Notes: a model not told the origin generated them from the sequence alone. A stretch of 38,319 nucleotides of DNA from Steroidobacteraceae bacterium (GCA_035545455.1 DASZYK010000361.1:1-38319), one strand, 5' to 3'. Positions 27,603 through 36,073 are shown, counted from the stretch's first letter. Made by a program: numbers and translations.

Positions 27603-28758
27603 CCGTCGCGAGATGCGACGCGAGCGCGTTCAACAGGCAATTTCCGGGATCGTCCTCGCCCAGCACCCAGATCATCACCCCGCGCAGGCGCTGCCGGCGC
27701 GCGAAATCGGCTTTGATGCCGAGCGAGAGGGGATCGTCGTAGGTGAAGAAGATGCGCTGGCTGGCGTTGTACAGCCAGGGCGCCTGGGCGGTGGCGCTCC
27801 AATGGCGTACCCAGTCCGGGCTGGTGAGCAATCGGGAGCGGATGATCTTCCAGGGTGTCTCGTCATAACCCCCGGTGTACTTCGAATAGAGCCCCGCGTT
27901 CCGCGGCGAGACGCCGGTGAACCCGCGCCCGTAGAACGCCACGCCCAACATGATCTTCGCCGCCGGCACGCCGTGGGATTCGTAGTAGCGCACCGCGCCG
28001 GTCAGGTTGTCGCGGGAGCGCTGGGGCGCCGGCGCCGCATCGCGCGGATCGGCATCGAGCGGCGCGTTGAAGCCGCTCACCGGGCTGAAGATGTTGTTCA
28101 TGTCATAGGTCATGACGTTCAGCCAGTCCACCGCGCGCGCGAGCGCCCCGAGATCATAGCTGTCGCCGACCGAATAGGCGCCGCCCTGCTGCCAGGTTCC
28201 GGCGGGCGTCGCCACGGTGAGCAGGTAGCGGCGATGGCGCTTGCGCCCCAGCGCATCGAGCTGGCGGCGAAACTCCCGCACCAGCGCCGTGGCATCGGCC
28301 CGATCCTCGGGCCGGGAGCGGTTCATGCCTCCGTGGACCGGGAATTCCCAATCGAGATCGATGCCGTCGAAGCCCTGCTCCACCACGAACGTCTGCACGC
28401 AGCTGGCGGCGAACCTGCCGCGGGATCGATCGGTGAGCGCGATGTCGGAGTATTGCGGGGCCGCGTCCCAGCCGCCGATGGACGCGATGAGGCGCAAGCC
28501 GGGATGCCGCTGGCGCAGTTCGCGCAGCGCCGCGAATGTGCCCTCCTGCGCGGCGGTGGGCGGCGCACATGCGCCGGCGTCGCTCGGCTCGCCGAAAGCG
28601 TAGATCAGATCGTCGATCTGCGCGGCGGGTATCCCGGATACCGGCATGCCGCCATCGTAGTACGCGGCGATCCGGGGTGCCGCCCCCGCCCGGCTCGACA
28701 CCGCGAGGCAGAGAACGACCGCGGCCGGAAAAATGACGGACAGCATGCGTGAAGTCAT
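27574..28758 (-). CDS. Secreted GH18 chitinase/chitodextrinase-like enzyme
   Basis: Signal peptide MTSRMLSVIFPAAVVLCLAVSSRAGA. GH18 catalytic motif FDGIDLDWEFP. ATG 28758 verified. The track ORF to 29997 reads through into the TonB-receptor gene. Confidence 0.88.
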   Translation of the reverse strand: MTSRMLSVIFPAAVVLCLAVSSRAGAAPRIAAYYDGGMPVSGIPAAQIDDLIYAFGEPSDAGACAPPTAAQEGTFAALRELRQRHPGLRLIASIGGWDAAPQYSDIALTDRSRGRFAASCVQTFVVEQGFDGIDLDWEFPVHGGMNRSRPEDRADATALVREFRRQLDALGRKRHRRYLLTVATPAGTWQQGGAYSVGDSYDLGALARAVDWLNVMTYDMNNIFSPVSGFNAPLDADPRDAAPAPQRSRDNLTGAVRYYESHGVPAAKIMLGVAFYGRGFTGVSPRNAGLYSKYTGGYDETPWKIIRSRLLTSPDWVRHWSATAQAPWLYNASQRIFFTYDDPLSLGIKADFARRQRLRGVMIWVLGEDDPGNCLLNALASHLATDGSQQHARN

Positions 28759-28925
28759 GGCAGATGGTAACCCGCTCGGACCGTGATGGCCCGGCTGCCG
28801 GGCGCGCCGGCCCCGCCGCCCCTGGCCGCCGGGGATGCTCGGATCACGGCCGGCCGGGGGTTGGCCCGCCGTGACCCCGAGCGCCCCGTGCGGCCCTCGA
28901 GACTCCCTGAATACCGGTCCCCGGC

Positions 28926-31622
28926 TCAGAACTTGAAGCTCGCGGTGAGATAGAACTGCCGGCCGTTGGTATAGAACGAGCGCGGCTGCGTGAGGTTGGC
29001 CGCGTAGTACTTTATCGTCTCGTTGGTGAGGTTGAGCGCATTGAAGCTCAGCGCGAAGTGGCTGCTGATGGTGTAATTCACCGCCGCGTCCAGATTCCGC
29101 CAGTCGGCCTCGTTCTCGAGCGAGCTGCGGTCGAGCCCCACCAGGTAATGCGACCGATAGCTGTAGTCGAGGTTGGCGCTGATCGGCCCGCGCTGGAAAT
29201 AGCCGCCGATGTTGTACGTGTACTTCGAATCGCCGACCACCGGCCCGCCGTCGCCCGAGGAACCGTTGGACAGCGTGAAGTTCGCGTTGACACCGAAGCC
29301 GAACGGCAGCGCCTGGGTCCAGGCGAGCTCCGCGCCCTTGATCTCCGCGGTGGTGTTGAAGGGCGAGGTGATCGTGTAGAGCGCCGGCCTGTTGAGCGTC
29401 ATGTCGAAATACGTCGCCTGCGTATTGCCGAAATCGATATAGGACGCCAGGTCCATGTAATACAGCCCGGCTTCGATCATGGACTCCGGGCCATAGTAAT
29501 ACTCGACGTCCGTCGAGTAGACGGCGCCGCGCACGGGCTTGAGATTCGGATTGCCGCCGTTGCCGGTGAGATTGAGATCCGTCAGGCTCACCGAGCCGCC
29601 GAGCGCGCTGTAGTCCGGCCGCGCCATGGTCTCCGCCGCGGAGGCGCGCAGGATCACGTCCTTCGCCAGATCGAACTTGAAGTTCACGCTCGGCAGGACG
29701 TTGAAGTAGCGATTGTCGATCTCCGTCGGCGTGAAGTTGCCGAACGCGGAGAAGGTCAGCGGATTCGGGCCGCCCGAGACGTTGGTCAGCACCTCCTCGA
29801 GCGTGTTCACCAGGCGCAGGCCGAAGTTGCCGCTCCAGTGATCGCCGCCGACGTCCGCCATGATGTACGCGGCAGCGGCGTTCTCCCTCACGTCGAACGC
29901 GCCCTGCCAGTAGTACCGGCTGGGGCCGCTGGAATTCGCGAGAGCAGCATAGGCCGCGATCGCCTCCTGCGAATACATGAAGATGTTGCCGCGCCACGGG
30001 CTGTTGCTCGTGATCATGTCCTGGTAATTGGTGGGATACTCCAGACCGGTGTAGACCGGCATGTTCGACCAGCAGTAGCTGGTGCAGCCATCGTCCTCCG
30101 GGAACGCCACCTCGCGCTCGTGATGCGCGAAGCGCACGCCGGCCTTGACGTCCTCGAACACACCGTCATCGAACTTCACCGTCGCGTCGAGCTTGGCATA
30201 GGACTCCTTGTCGATCGTGTGCTCGATGTCGTTCCACGCCCAGCTGGTGGAGAACTGCGACGGGCTCGCCGTATTGAGACCGGGGAATGTCACGCTGATG
30301 ACGGAGTTCAGGCCGTTCATCCGGTACGAGGCGCCGTTGCCGCCCGCGGCCTCGTATGCCGGCTCGGTCGGCGTCTTGCCGAGGCCGTAGGTGAAGCCCA
30401 CCTGGCCATCGAAAGTCAGGTGATCGGTCGCGGCGAGCGTGGCGTCGAGATTGATGAAGGACGTCTCTGAAGCCGCGCCGGGGCGGGAGATCTGATCGTA
30501 GACAGCCGAGGCCGGAGCTCCGGCCTGCGTCGGGAAGCTTGCGGCGACCACCGTGCCGTTCTGAATGGTGAGTGACGTCGGCACATATGCTGGAGAGCCA
30601 AAGAGGTTGTTGCCCCACAGCATGAAGTTGTCGTTGAAGTTGTCCGCATCCATATGCGAGTAGAAGGCCGTGAGATCGAGCGACAGGGCGTCCGACGGCT
30701 TCGCCTGCAGATCGATCAGCCCGCCTTCGCGCTTGCGCGTCTGCTCGAACAGGGCCTGTCCGATGAGCGTGGGGAAGGTCGCCCCGGTGGCGTCCGGCAG
30801 CGAAGGATTCGCCGCCTGCCAGGCGGCGGCAGTCGCTGCGGGCACGCCGCCGGTGGGCGGGGCGCTGTAGCCCAGCACCTCCTCGCCATCCCGCCGCACG
30901 CTGCGCTTCTCGTAAAAGCCCATCGCGAGCATGCCGACCGCGCCGTTGTTCCAGCTGAGGAGCACGTTGGCCTGCGGGTTCACCTTCGAGGGCAGATCGG
31001 AGTAGACGGCGCCGCCGGTTACCGAGCCGGTGAGTCCGGGCTTGTAGTTCAGCGGACGGGGCGTCTTGATGTCGACGCTTCCCGCCACCCCGCCTTCGAC
31101 CATTTCCGCCGACTGGGACTTGGCGACGACCGTGCTCGCCACCATCTCCGATGGCAGCAGATCGTAGCTCACGCTCCGGCCGACGGTCTGGAACTGATCG
31201 AGGAGGAACCAGTCTCCCGTGGCCACGTCATGGCCGTCGATCGTGGTCTGGGTCAGGCTCGCGGGCGTGCCGCGGATGCTCACGCGGTTGTTCTCGTCGA
31301 AGCCGCCCTCACCGCTGGCTGCCGACTGGGTGTCCACTCCAGGCAGGCGCTGCAGCACGTCGGCCACGTTCTTGTCGGGCAGCTTGCCGATGTCCTCGGC
31401 CGTCGCGACCTCGGTGATGTTCGTTGCGGCGCGCTTGACGGCCAGCGATTTCTTGATCGAGTAGCGGATGCCGGTGACGACGACCTCCTGCAGAGGCGCG
31501 GCATTGTCCGTCTCCGACTTGCTCGCAGCGCTCTGCGGGCCCGAAGCCTGTGCGAAGGCGTTGCCGCCGAACAGCGCCACCGCGACGGCGGTGCCGATCA
31601 ACGTTGACCTTGAGATTCTCAT
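28926..31622 (-). CDS. TonB-dependent receptor (probably for chitooligosaccharide/GlcNAc, by context)
   Basis: Signal peptide, plug start LQEVVVTGIRYSIKKSL...DIGKLPDKNVADVLQRLPGV, and C-terminal ...LTASFKF. The substrate is inferred from neighbours only. Confidence 0.9.
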   Translation of the reverse strand: MRISRSTLIGTAVAVALFGGNAFAQASGPQSAASKSETDNAAPLQEVVVTGIRYSIKKSLAVKRAATNITEVATAEDIGKLPDKNVADVLQRLPGVDTQSAASGEGGFDENNRVSIRGTPASLTQTTIDGHDVATGDWFLLDQFQTVGRSVSYDLLPSEMVASTVVAKSQSAEMVEGGVAGSVDIKTPRPLNYKPGLTGSVTGGAVYSDLPSKVNPQANVLLSWNNGAVGMLAMGFYEKRSVRRDGEEVLGYSAPPTGGVPAATAAAWQAANPSLPDATGATFPTLIGQALFEQTRKREGGLIDLQAKPSDALSLDLTAFYSHMDADNFNDNFMLWGNNLFGSPAYVPTSLTIQNGTVVAASFPTQAGAPASAVYDQISRPGAASETSFINLDATLAATDHLTFDGQVGFTYGLGKTPTEPAYEAAGGNGASYRMNGLNSVISVTFPGLNTASPSQFSTSWAWNDIEHTIDKESYAKLDATVKFDDGVFEDVKAGVRFAHHEREVAFPEDDGCTSYCWSNMPVYTGLEYPTNYQDMITSNSPWRGNIFMYSQEAIAAYAALANSSGPSRYYWQGAFDVRENAAAAYIMADVGGDHWSGNFGLRLVNTLEEVLTNVSGGPNPLTFSAFGNFTPTEIDNRYFNVLPSVNFKFDLAKDVILRASAAETMARPDYSALGGSVSLTDLNLTGNGGNPNLKPVRGAVYSTDVEYYYGPESMIEAGLYYMDLASYIDFGNTQATYFDMTLNRPALYTITSPFNTTAEIKGAELAWTQALPFGFGVNANFTLSNGSSGDGGPVVGDSKYTYNIGGYFQRGPISANLDYSYRSHYLVGLDRSSLENEADWRNLDAAVNYTISSHFALSFNALNLTNETIKYYAANLTQPRSFYTNGRQFYLTASFKF

Positions 31623-31685
31623 GGCTCTCTCTCACCCCGATGTTGTCGTTAAATCGAGACCGCCCCGTCACGGAGGGACCAGTTC

Positions 31686-31703
31686 AATGCCACTATAGTA
31701 CCA
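31686..31703 (-). promoter_or_regulatory. Candidate NagQ (GntR/HutC) operator: direct repeats TGGTACT-ATAG-TGGCATT, overlapping a TATAGT -10-like hexamer for the receptor gene
   Basis: Read on the minus strand. It matches the TGGTATT-N4-TGGTATT tandem-repeat architecture I recall being proposed for NagQ regulons. The -10-like hexamer lies at 31697..31692. Confidence 0.4.
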
Positions 31704-31717
31704 ATACTGATAAAATG

Positions 31718-31735
31718 CTATCCCAATGAAGACCA
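31718..31735 (-). promoter_or_regulatory. Weaker candidate NagQ half-site pair TGGTCTT-CAT(T)-(T)GGGATA(G)
   Basis: The first repeat is identical to that of the 31809 site. The second repeat is degenerate, or spaced 3 nt rather than 4. Confidence 0.2.
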
Positions 31736-31808
31736 TTCGTCGATCTAGTCTATTTTGCGCGTATTTACAGTAACTTATCATTGACACTCTTGACGCCATG
31801 GCACAAAC

Positions 31809-31826
31809 TGGTCTTGTATTGGTAAT
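31809..31826 (+). promoter_or_regulatory. Candidate NagQ operator TGGTCTT-GTAT-TGGTAAT, overlapping a TAATAT -10-like hexamer upstream of nagQ
   Basis: Read on the plus strand. TAATAT lies at 31823..31828, about 35 nt upstream of the nagQ TTG start. It shares the 9-mer GTATTGGTA with the 31699..31707 site, in inverted orientation. Confidence 0.45.
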
Positions 31827-31862
31827 ATCTCAGATGGCCGCACCCCGAGTGGGAGAGAAGCT

Positions 31863-32603
31863 TTGACGCTGTCGCAAACCCTGGGCGGATTGGATGAATC
31901 CAGCTCCCTTCCGCTTTATCTGCAGCTGCAGCGGGCTCTGCGCCAGGCGATCGAGAGCCGGGTGTTGGGTCCCGATGATGCGCTGCCCCCCGAGCGCGAC
32001 CTCGCCAACGACTTCCACGTCTCGCGCATCACGGTCCGCAAGGCGATCGAAGGTCTGATCGGTGAGGGGATGCTGGTGAGGCGCCAGGGCTCGGGCACCT
32101 TCGTCTGCGCCCGCGTCGAGAAGAACTTCTCGAAGCTCACCTCGTTCTCCGAAGACATGCGCGCTCGCGGCCGTACGCCGCACAGCGTCTGGCTGAAGAA
32201 GTCCACCGGCAGTGTCACTCCCGAGGAGGCGCTCACGCTGCGCTCGAGCCCCGGAACGCCCGTCTACCGTTTTCACCGCATCCGCTTCGCGGACGACCTG
32301 CCGATGTCGGTCGAGTACGCCACCGTGCTCGCATCCTGTCTGCCGTCCCTCGATGCCGTGGAGTCATCGCTCTATGAAGCGCTGGAACGTGCCGGCAACC
32401 GCCCCGTGCGCGCGCTGCAACGCCTGCGCGCGGTCTTGTTCACGGCCGAGCAGGCCGAACTGCTGCAGGCGAAGGAGAAGGACGCGGGCCTGCTCGTCGA
32501 GCGCCTGGGCTTCCTCAAGGACGGCCGCGCGGTGGAATTCACGCAGTCCTACTACCGCGGCGACATCTACGATTTCGTCGCCGAGCTGAGCGTGTCGTCA
32601 TGA
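31863..32603 (+). CDS. nagQ: GntR/HutC-family transcriptional regulator of the GlcNAc cluster
   Basis: Winged-helix region LPPERDLANDFHVSRITVRKAIEGLIGEGMLVRRQGSGTFV, plus a UTRA-like C-terminus. TTG start with GGGAGAG 5 nt upstream. Its stop overlaps the next ATG (ATGA). Confidence 0.85.
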   Translation: MTLSQTLGGLDESSSLPLYLQLQRALRQAIESRVLGPDDALPPERDLANDFHVSRITVRKAIEGLIGEGMLVRRQGSGTFVCARVEKNFSKLTSFSEDMRARGRTPHSVWLKKSTGSVTPEEALTLRSSPGTPVYRFHRIRFADDLPMSVEYATVLASCLPSLDAVESSLYEALERAGNRPVRALQRLRAVLFTAEQAELLQAKEKDAGLLVERLGFLKDGRAVEFTQSYYRGDIYDFVAELSVSS

Positions 32604-33634
32604 GCTCGCGCGAGCTGTCGACGCGCATGCACGTCGAGGCCGGACAGGCCGCGCAGGCCGTTCGGGATCAGCTCTTCTCCAACGCCGAGGACATGGAGCG
32701 GCTCGGCGAGCGCTTGCGGCTTCTGGCGCCGCGCGCGGTCGTCACCTGCGCGCGCGGCAGCTCCGATCACGCGGCGACCTTCGCCAAATACCTGATCGAG
32801 ACGCGCCTCGGCGTGCTCACCTCCTCCGCCGCGCCGTCCGTCAGCTCCGTCTACGACACGCGTCCCGACCTGACGAACACCCTATGCCTTGCGATCTCGC
32901 AGTCGGGCGCGAGCCCCGACCTCCTCGCCGCCGTGGGCAAGGCGCGCGAAGCCGGCGCGATGGTCGTGGCTCTCGTCAACGCCAGGGACTCCCCGCTCGC
33001 CGAGCGGGCCGATCACGTGGTGCCGCTCTGCGCCGGAGCCGAGACCAGCGTCGCCGCCACCAAGTCCTTCATCGCCTCGCTCGCAGCCATCATTCATCTC
33101 GTGGCGTGCTGGGCCGGCGACCGCGAGCTGTCCGAGGAAATCCGCAAGGCGCCGAAGCACCTCGAGCGGGCCTGGAGTCTCGACTGGAGCGCCGCGGTCC
33201 ATCGCTTGCGGACGGCGGCCGACCTCTTCGTGGTCGGCCGGGGAATGGGACTCGGCGTGGCGCAGGAGGCGGCACTGAAGCTCAAGGAGACCTGCGGCCT
33301 GCACGCCGAGGCCGTGAGCGCCGCGGAGCTGCGTCACGGCCCCATGGCGCTGGTACGGCCGGGCTTCCCCGTGCTCGTCTTCTCCCAGAACGACGAGGCC
33401 CGTGCCGGCGTCGAGCTGCTCGCGGGCGAGCTCGTGGGCCGCGGGGCGGACGTCATGATCGCAGGCTCCCGCTGCCCGGGCGCCCTGCACCTCGCCGCGG
33501 AGCCCGCGCATCCGGTGATCGAGCCCATGCTGATCGCCCAGACCTTCTATCGCATGGCCAACGCGCTGTCCCTCGCCCGCGGTCTCGATCCCGACCGGCC
33601 GCCCCACCTGAGGAAAGTGACCGAGACCGTTTGA
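32600..33634 (+). CDS. nagB-II: SIS-domain glucosamine-6-phosphate deaminase/isomerase (NagB-II type)
   Basis: SIS motifs VVTCARGSSDHAATFAKY and LCLAISQSGASPDLL, in two SIS halves. Positioned between nagQ and nagA. Confidence 0.85.
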   Translation: MSSRELSTRMHVEAGQAAQAVRDQLFSNAEDMERLGERLRLLAPRAVVTCARGSSDHAATFAKYLIETRLGVLTSSAAPSVSSVYDTRPDLTNTLCLAISQSGASPDLLAAVGKAREAGAMVVALVNARDSPLAERADHVVPLCAGAETSVAATKSFIASLAAIIHLVACWAGDRELSEEIRKAPKHLERAWSLDWSAAVHRLRTAADLFVVGRGMGLGVAQEAALKLKETCGLHAEAVSAAELRHGPMALVRPGFPVLVFSQNDEARAGVELLAGELVGRGADVMIAGSRCPGALHLAAEPAHPVIEPMLIAQTFYRMANALSLARGLDPDRPPHLRKVTETV

Positions 33635-34773
33635 TGCCCATCGCGCTTCTCAACGGGCGGGTGCTGCGCGAGCAGGCGCTCGTCGAAGGACAGTGCGTTC
33701 TGCTCGAGGGTGGACGCATCGTCGACATCGTTCCCTCGGGTGACCCGCGCTGCCGCGGCGCCGCACAGGTCGATCTCCGGGGCAACATGCTGCTGCCGGG
33801 GTTCATCGACTCGCAGGTCAATGGCGGGGGCGGCGTCCTCTTCAACGACTCGCCGAGTGTCGAGGCCATCCGGCAGATCGGGAAAGCTCATCGCCGCTTC
33901 GGCACGACAGGGTTCCTGCCGACGCTGATCAGCGCCGACCTCGATGTCGTCGCGCGTGCCATCGCCGCGGCTCGAGGGGCGATCGAGGCGGGCGTGCCGG
34001 GTGTGCTCGGCATTCACATCGAAGGCCCTTTCCTCAACGTCGAGCGCAAGGGCGTGCACGACCCGGCCAAGCTCCGCGAGCTCGACACCAGCGCCGTGGG
34101 ATTGCTCACCTCGCTCGGCATCGGGCGCACTCTGGTGACGCTGGCGCCCGAGATGACGAAGCCCGAGATCATCCGCAAGCTCGCCTCTGCCGGCGTCATC
34201 GTCTCCGCGGGCCACACGAATGCCACCTATGCGCAGGTGACCGCCGCCCTCCAGAACGGGCTCACGGGCTTCACGCACCTCTTCAACGCGATGTCGCAGC
34301 TCACCGGCCGCAAGCCCGGTGTCGTCGGCGCGGCGCTCGAGAGCCTCGACAGCTGGTGCGGGATCATCGTCGACGGACAGCACACCTCCCCGGTGGTGCT
34401 GCGCCTCGCCCTGCGCTGCAAGCCATCGAGCCGCTTCATGCTGGTCACCGACGCCATGCCGAGCGTCGGTACCGCCGCCCGCTCGTTCAAGCTTCAGGGC
34501 CGCGACATCACCATTTCGGGCAACGTCTGCCTCGACGAGGACGGCCGTCTCGCCGGATCCAACATCGACATGGCGAGCTGCGTGCGCAACGCGGTCTCCC
34601 TCCTGGGCGTTCCCCTCCCGGAGGCCGTGCGCATGGCGAGCCTTCATCCCGCGGAGTTCCTCGGTCTCGCGCACGAGCTCGGTCGGATCGAGCCCGGCTA
34701 CCGCGCCAATCTCGTTCTCGCCGACGACCGGCTCAACGTGCTGCAGACCTGGATCGACGGGAAGACTCCCTAG
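33634..34773 (+). CDS. nagA: N-acetylglucosamine-6-phosphate deacetylase
   Basis: MPIALLNGRVL...LLPGFIDSQVNGGGGVLFND, HIEGPFLN and SAGHTNA motifs. The ATG shares one base with the nagB-II stop (TGATG, verified). The track ORF start at 32884 is an out-of-frame overlap with nagB-II. Confidence 0.93.
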   Translation: MPIALLNGRVLREQALVEGQCVLLEGGRIVDIVPSGDPRCRGAAQVDLRGNMLLPGFIDSQVNGGGGVLFNDSPSVEAIRQIGKAHRRFGTTGFLPTLISADLDVVARAIAAARGAIEAGVPGVLGIHIEGPFLNVERKGVHDPAKLRELDTSAVGLLTSLGIGRTLVTLAPEMTKPEIIRKLASAGVIVSAGHTNATYAQVTAALQNGLTGFTHLFNAMSQLTGRKPGVVGAALESLDSWCGIIVDGQHTSPVVLRLALRCKPSSRFMLVTDAMPSVGTAARSFKLQGRDITISGNVCLDEDGRLAGSNIDMASCVRNAVSLLGVPLPEAVRMASLHPAEFLGLAHELGRIEPGYRANLVLADDRLNVLQTWIDGKTP

Positions 34774-34798
34774 CCCGTTGCGGCACGGAGCGGCCGCG

Positions 34799-34814
34799 GT
34801 GGCGGAGCCGCCAC
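34799..34814 (+). terminator. Short hairpin GTGGCGG-AG-CCGCCAC downstream of nagA
   Basis: Inverted repeat read from the sequence, 26 nt after the nagA stop. The loop is very tight and the T-rich tail is weak (GCTTGCTTGG). Confidence 0.3.
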
Positions 34815-34906
34815 GGGTGCGCGGCTTGCTTGGCCTCGGGCAGCAGACCGTATGCGCCCACGCCCGGCAGACGCTGTCTTGGCGGCGGGCAGGAGGAAAC
34901 CGACCG

Positions 34907-35581
34907 ATGACCCATCTGCAGCAGATCCAGGCGCTGCGCGAGCGCGCGCGCCAGCACATCGCCGAGGGAGCGATCACGCCCGACTACCAGCTCGATCGCG
35001 AGCAGTCGGTGCGGCTGCTCAACGAGGCGCTCGCCACCGAGCTCGTCTGCACGCTTCGCTACCAGTTCCACTACTTCATGGCGACGGGTATCCACTCTCA
35101 GGCCGTGAAGGAGGAGTTCAGGGAGCACGCGCGCGAGGAGCAGGAGCACGCCGAGCGCATCGCCGAGCGCATCAAGCAGCTCGGCGGCAAGCCGGAGATG
35201 AATCCGGCGATGCTCACCGACCTCAGCCACAGCGAGTACCGCGAAGGCGAATCGCTGGCCGACATGATCCGCGAGGATCTGATCGCCGAGCGCATCGCGG
35301 TCGAGAGCTACCGGGAGATGATCCGGTACTTCGGCGAGCGTGATCCGACCACCCGCGTCATGATGGAAGAGATCCTGGCCAAGGAGGAGGAGCACGCGGA
35401 CGAGCTGACGGACCTGCTCTTCGCCGTGGATCCGGCCACGGGCAAGGGTGCGAGGCCGCTCTACTTCGCGGACGAGGTCAGCAGCGCGAAGGAGACGGAC
35501 GACGGCCGCAGCGACAGGCCATCCGGCCGCGGCCGAAGCGGCGCGGCCGGGTCATCGAAGCCGACACAGAAGCCGAGCTGA
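34907..35581 (+). CDS. Ferritin-like (bacterioferritin-type di-iron) protein with a ~55-aa basic, disordered C-terminal tail
   Basis: Two ExxH motifs (EEQEHAERI, EEEHADEL) in a four-helix-like core. The tail is ...GRSDRPSGRGRSGAAGSSKPTQKPS. AGGAGGA lies 9 nt upstream of the verified ATG 34907. Confidence 0.8.
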   Translation: MTHLQQIQALRERARQHIAEGAITPDYQLDREQSVRLLNEALATELVCTLRYQFHYFMATGIHSQAVKEEFREHAREEQEHAERIAERIKQLGGKPEMNPAMLTDLSHSEYREGESLADMIREDLIAERIAVESYREMIRYFGERDPTTRVMMEEILAKEEEHADELTDLLFAVDPATGKGARPLYFADEVSSAKETDDGRSDRPSGRGRSGAAGSSKPTQKPS

Positions 35582-35599
35582 GCGGCCCAGGTCACGCAG

Positions 35600-35631
35600 G
35601 GAGATCTCCGCACCCGCGTGCGGAGATCTCC
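35600..35631. terminator. Perfect 14-bp stem hairpin (GGAGATCTCCGCAC-CCGC-GTGCGGAGATCTCC) between convergent genes
   Basis: Read directly from the sequence. It lies 19 nt after the ferritin-like stop and 11 nt after the DUF6496-like stop. There is no U-tract on either strand. Confidence 0.6.
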
Positions 35632-35641
35632 AAACGCACCG

Positions 35642-36073
35642 TCACGTCGCGGAGGCGTGAGAGTCGCTACGCCGGTGCCTACGTGCCGCGGCGGCACGTT
35701 TCGCATGAGCCGACAGCGCCGACCGTGACGCCGCGGAGCGCCCCTCGCGCTTGAGCGCTCCCTCGGTCGCGCGGCTGCGCGTCGAGGATGGCGCACGGGG
35801 CTTGCGCCTGCCCTGCCCCGTCTCATAGTCCCGTGCAGCCGATTGCCGTGTCTTGGACTTTGCCCGGCCCTTCTTCGGCGGCGGCAGCGGCACGCCGGCG
35901 CGGCGCGCCTTGGAGAGACCGATGGCGATCGCCTGGCGGGTCGAGCGCGCGCCGTGCTTGCCGCGGCGGACGTGCTCGATCTCCTCGTGCACGAACTCTC
36001 CGGCCGCGGTCGTCGGGCGTTTTCCCTGCCGCAGGTCGCGCCTGGCGCGCTCGGCGGTGCTCTTCGATGGCAT
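35642..36073 (-). CDS. Small highly basic protein, DUF6496-like
   Basis: MPSKSTAERARRDLRQGKRPTTAAGEFVHEEIEHVRRGKHGARSTRQAIAIGLSKARRAGVPLPPPKK matches my memory of this family. AAGGAGG RBS before the verified ATG 36073. Confidence 0.7.
   Translation of the reverse strand: MPSKSTAERARRDLRQGKRPTTAAGEFVHEEIEHVRRGKHGARSTRQAIAIGLSKARRAGVPLPPPKKGRAKSKTRQSAARDYETGQGRRKPRAPSSTRSRATEGALKREGRSAASRSALSAHAKRAAAARRHRRSDSHASAT

Noticed and set aside
24798-28752. 645-aa and 820-aa + ORFs (24798..26735 and 26290..28752) opposite nagF and GH18, plus the 402-aa (22838..24046) and 326-aa (24143..25123) + ORFs opposite nagE
   Set aside because: They are antisense to genes with unambiguous PTS and GH18 signatures.
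28759-28925. Nested inverted repeats (CCGTGAT/ATCACGG, GCCCGGC-T-GCCGGGC) in the 167-bp receptor-GH18 spacer, as a possible REP element or attenuator
   Set aside because: Short GC-rich complementarities are expected by chance at this GC content. No second copy of the element was seen elsewhere in the window.
28759-29997. N-terminal 413-codon extension of the GH18 ORF
   Set aside because: It overlaps the TonB-receptor gene out of frame. The signal peptide starts at ATG 28758.
29058-31607. 470-aa and 317-aa + ORFs opposite the second TonB-dependent receptor
   Set aside because: They are shadow ORFs with no motifs.
31798-31815. TGGCAC-N5-GGTCTT resembling a sigma-54 -24/-12 promoter upstream of nagQ
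   Set aside because: The -12 element (GGTC) does not match TTGC(A/T), and no enhancer-binding-protein gene is nearby. The GGTCTT is better explained as the first NagQ direct repeat.
32884-33633. N-terminal 250-codon extension of the nagA ORF
   Set aside because: It overlaps nagB-II out of frame. NagA homology starts at MPIALLNGRVL (ATG 33634).
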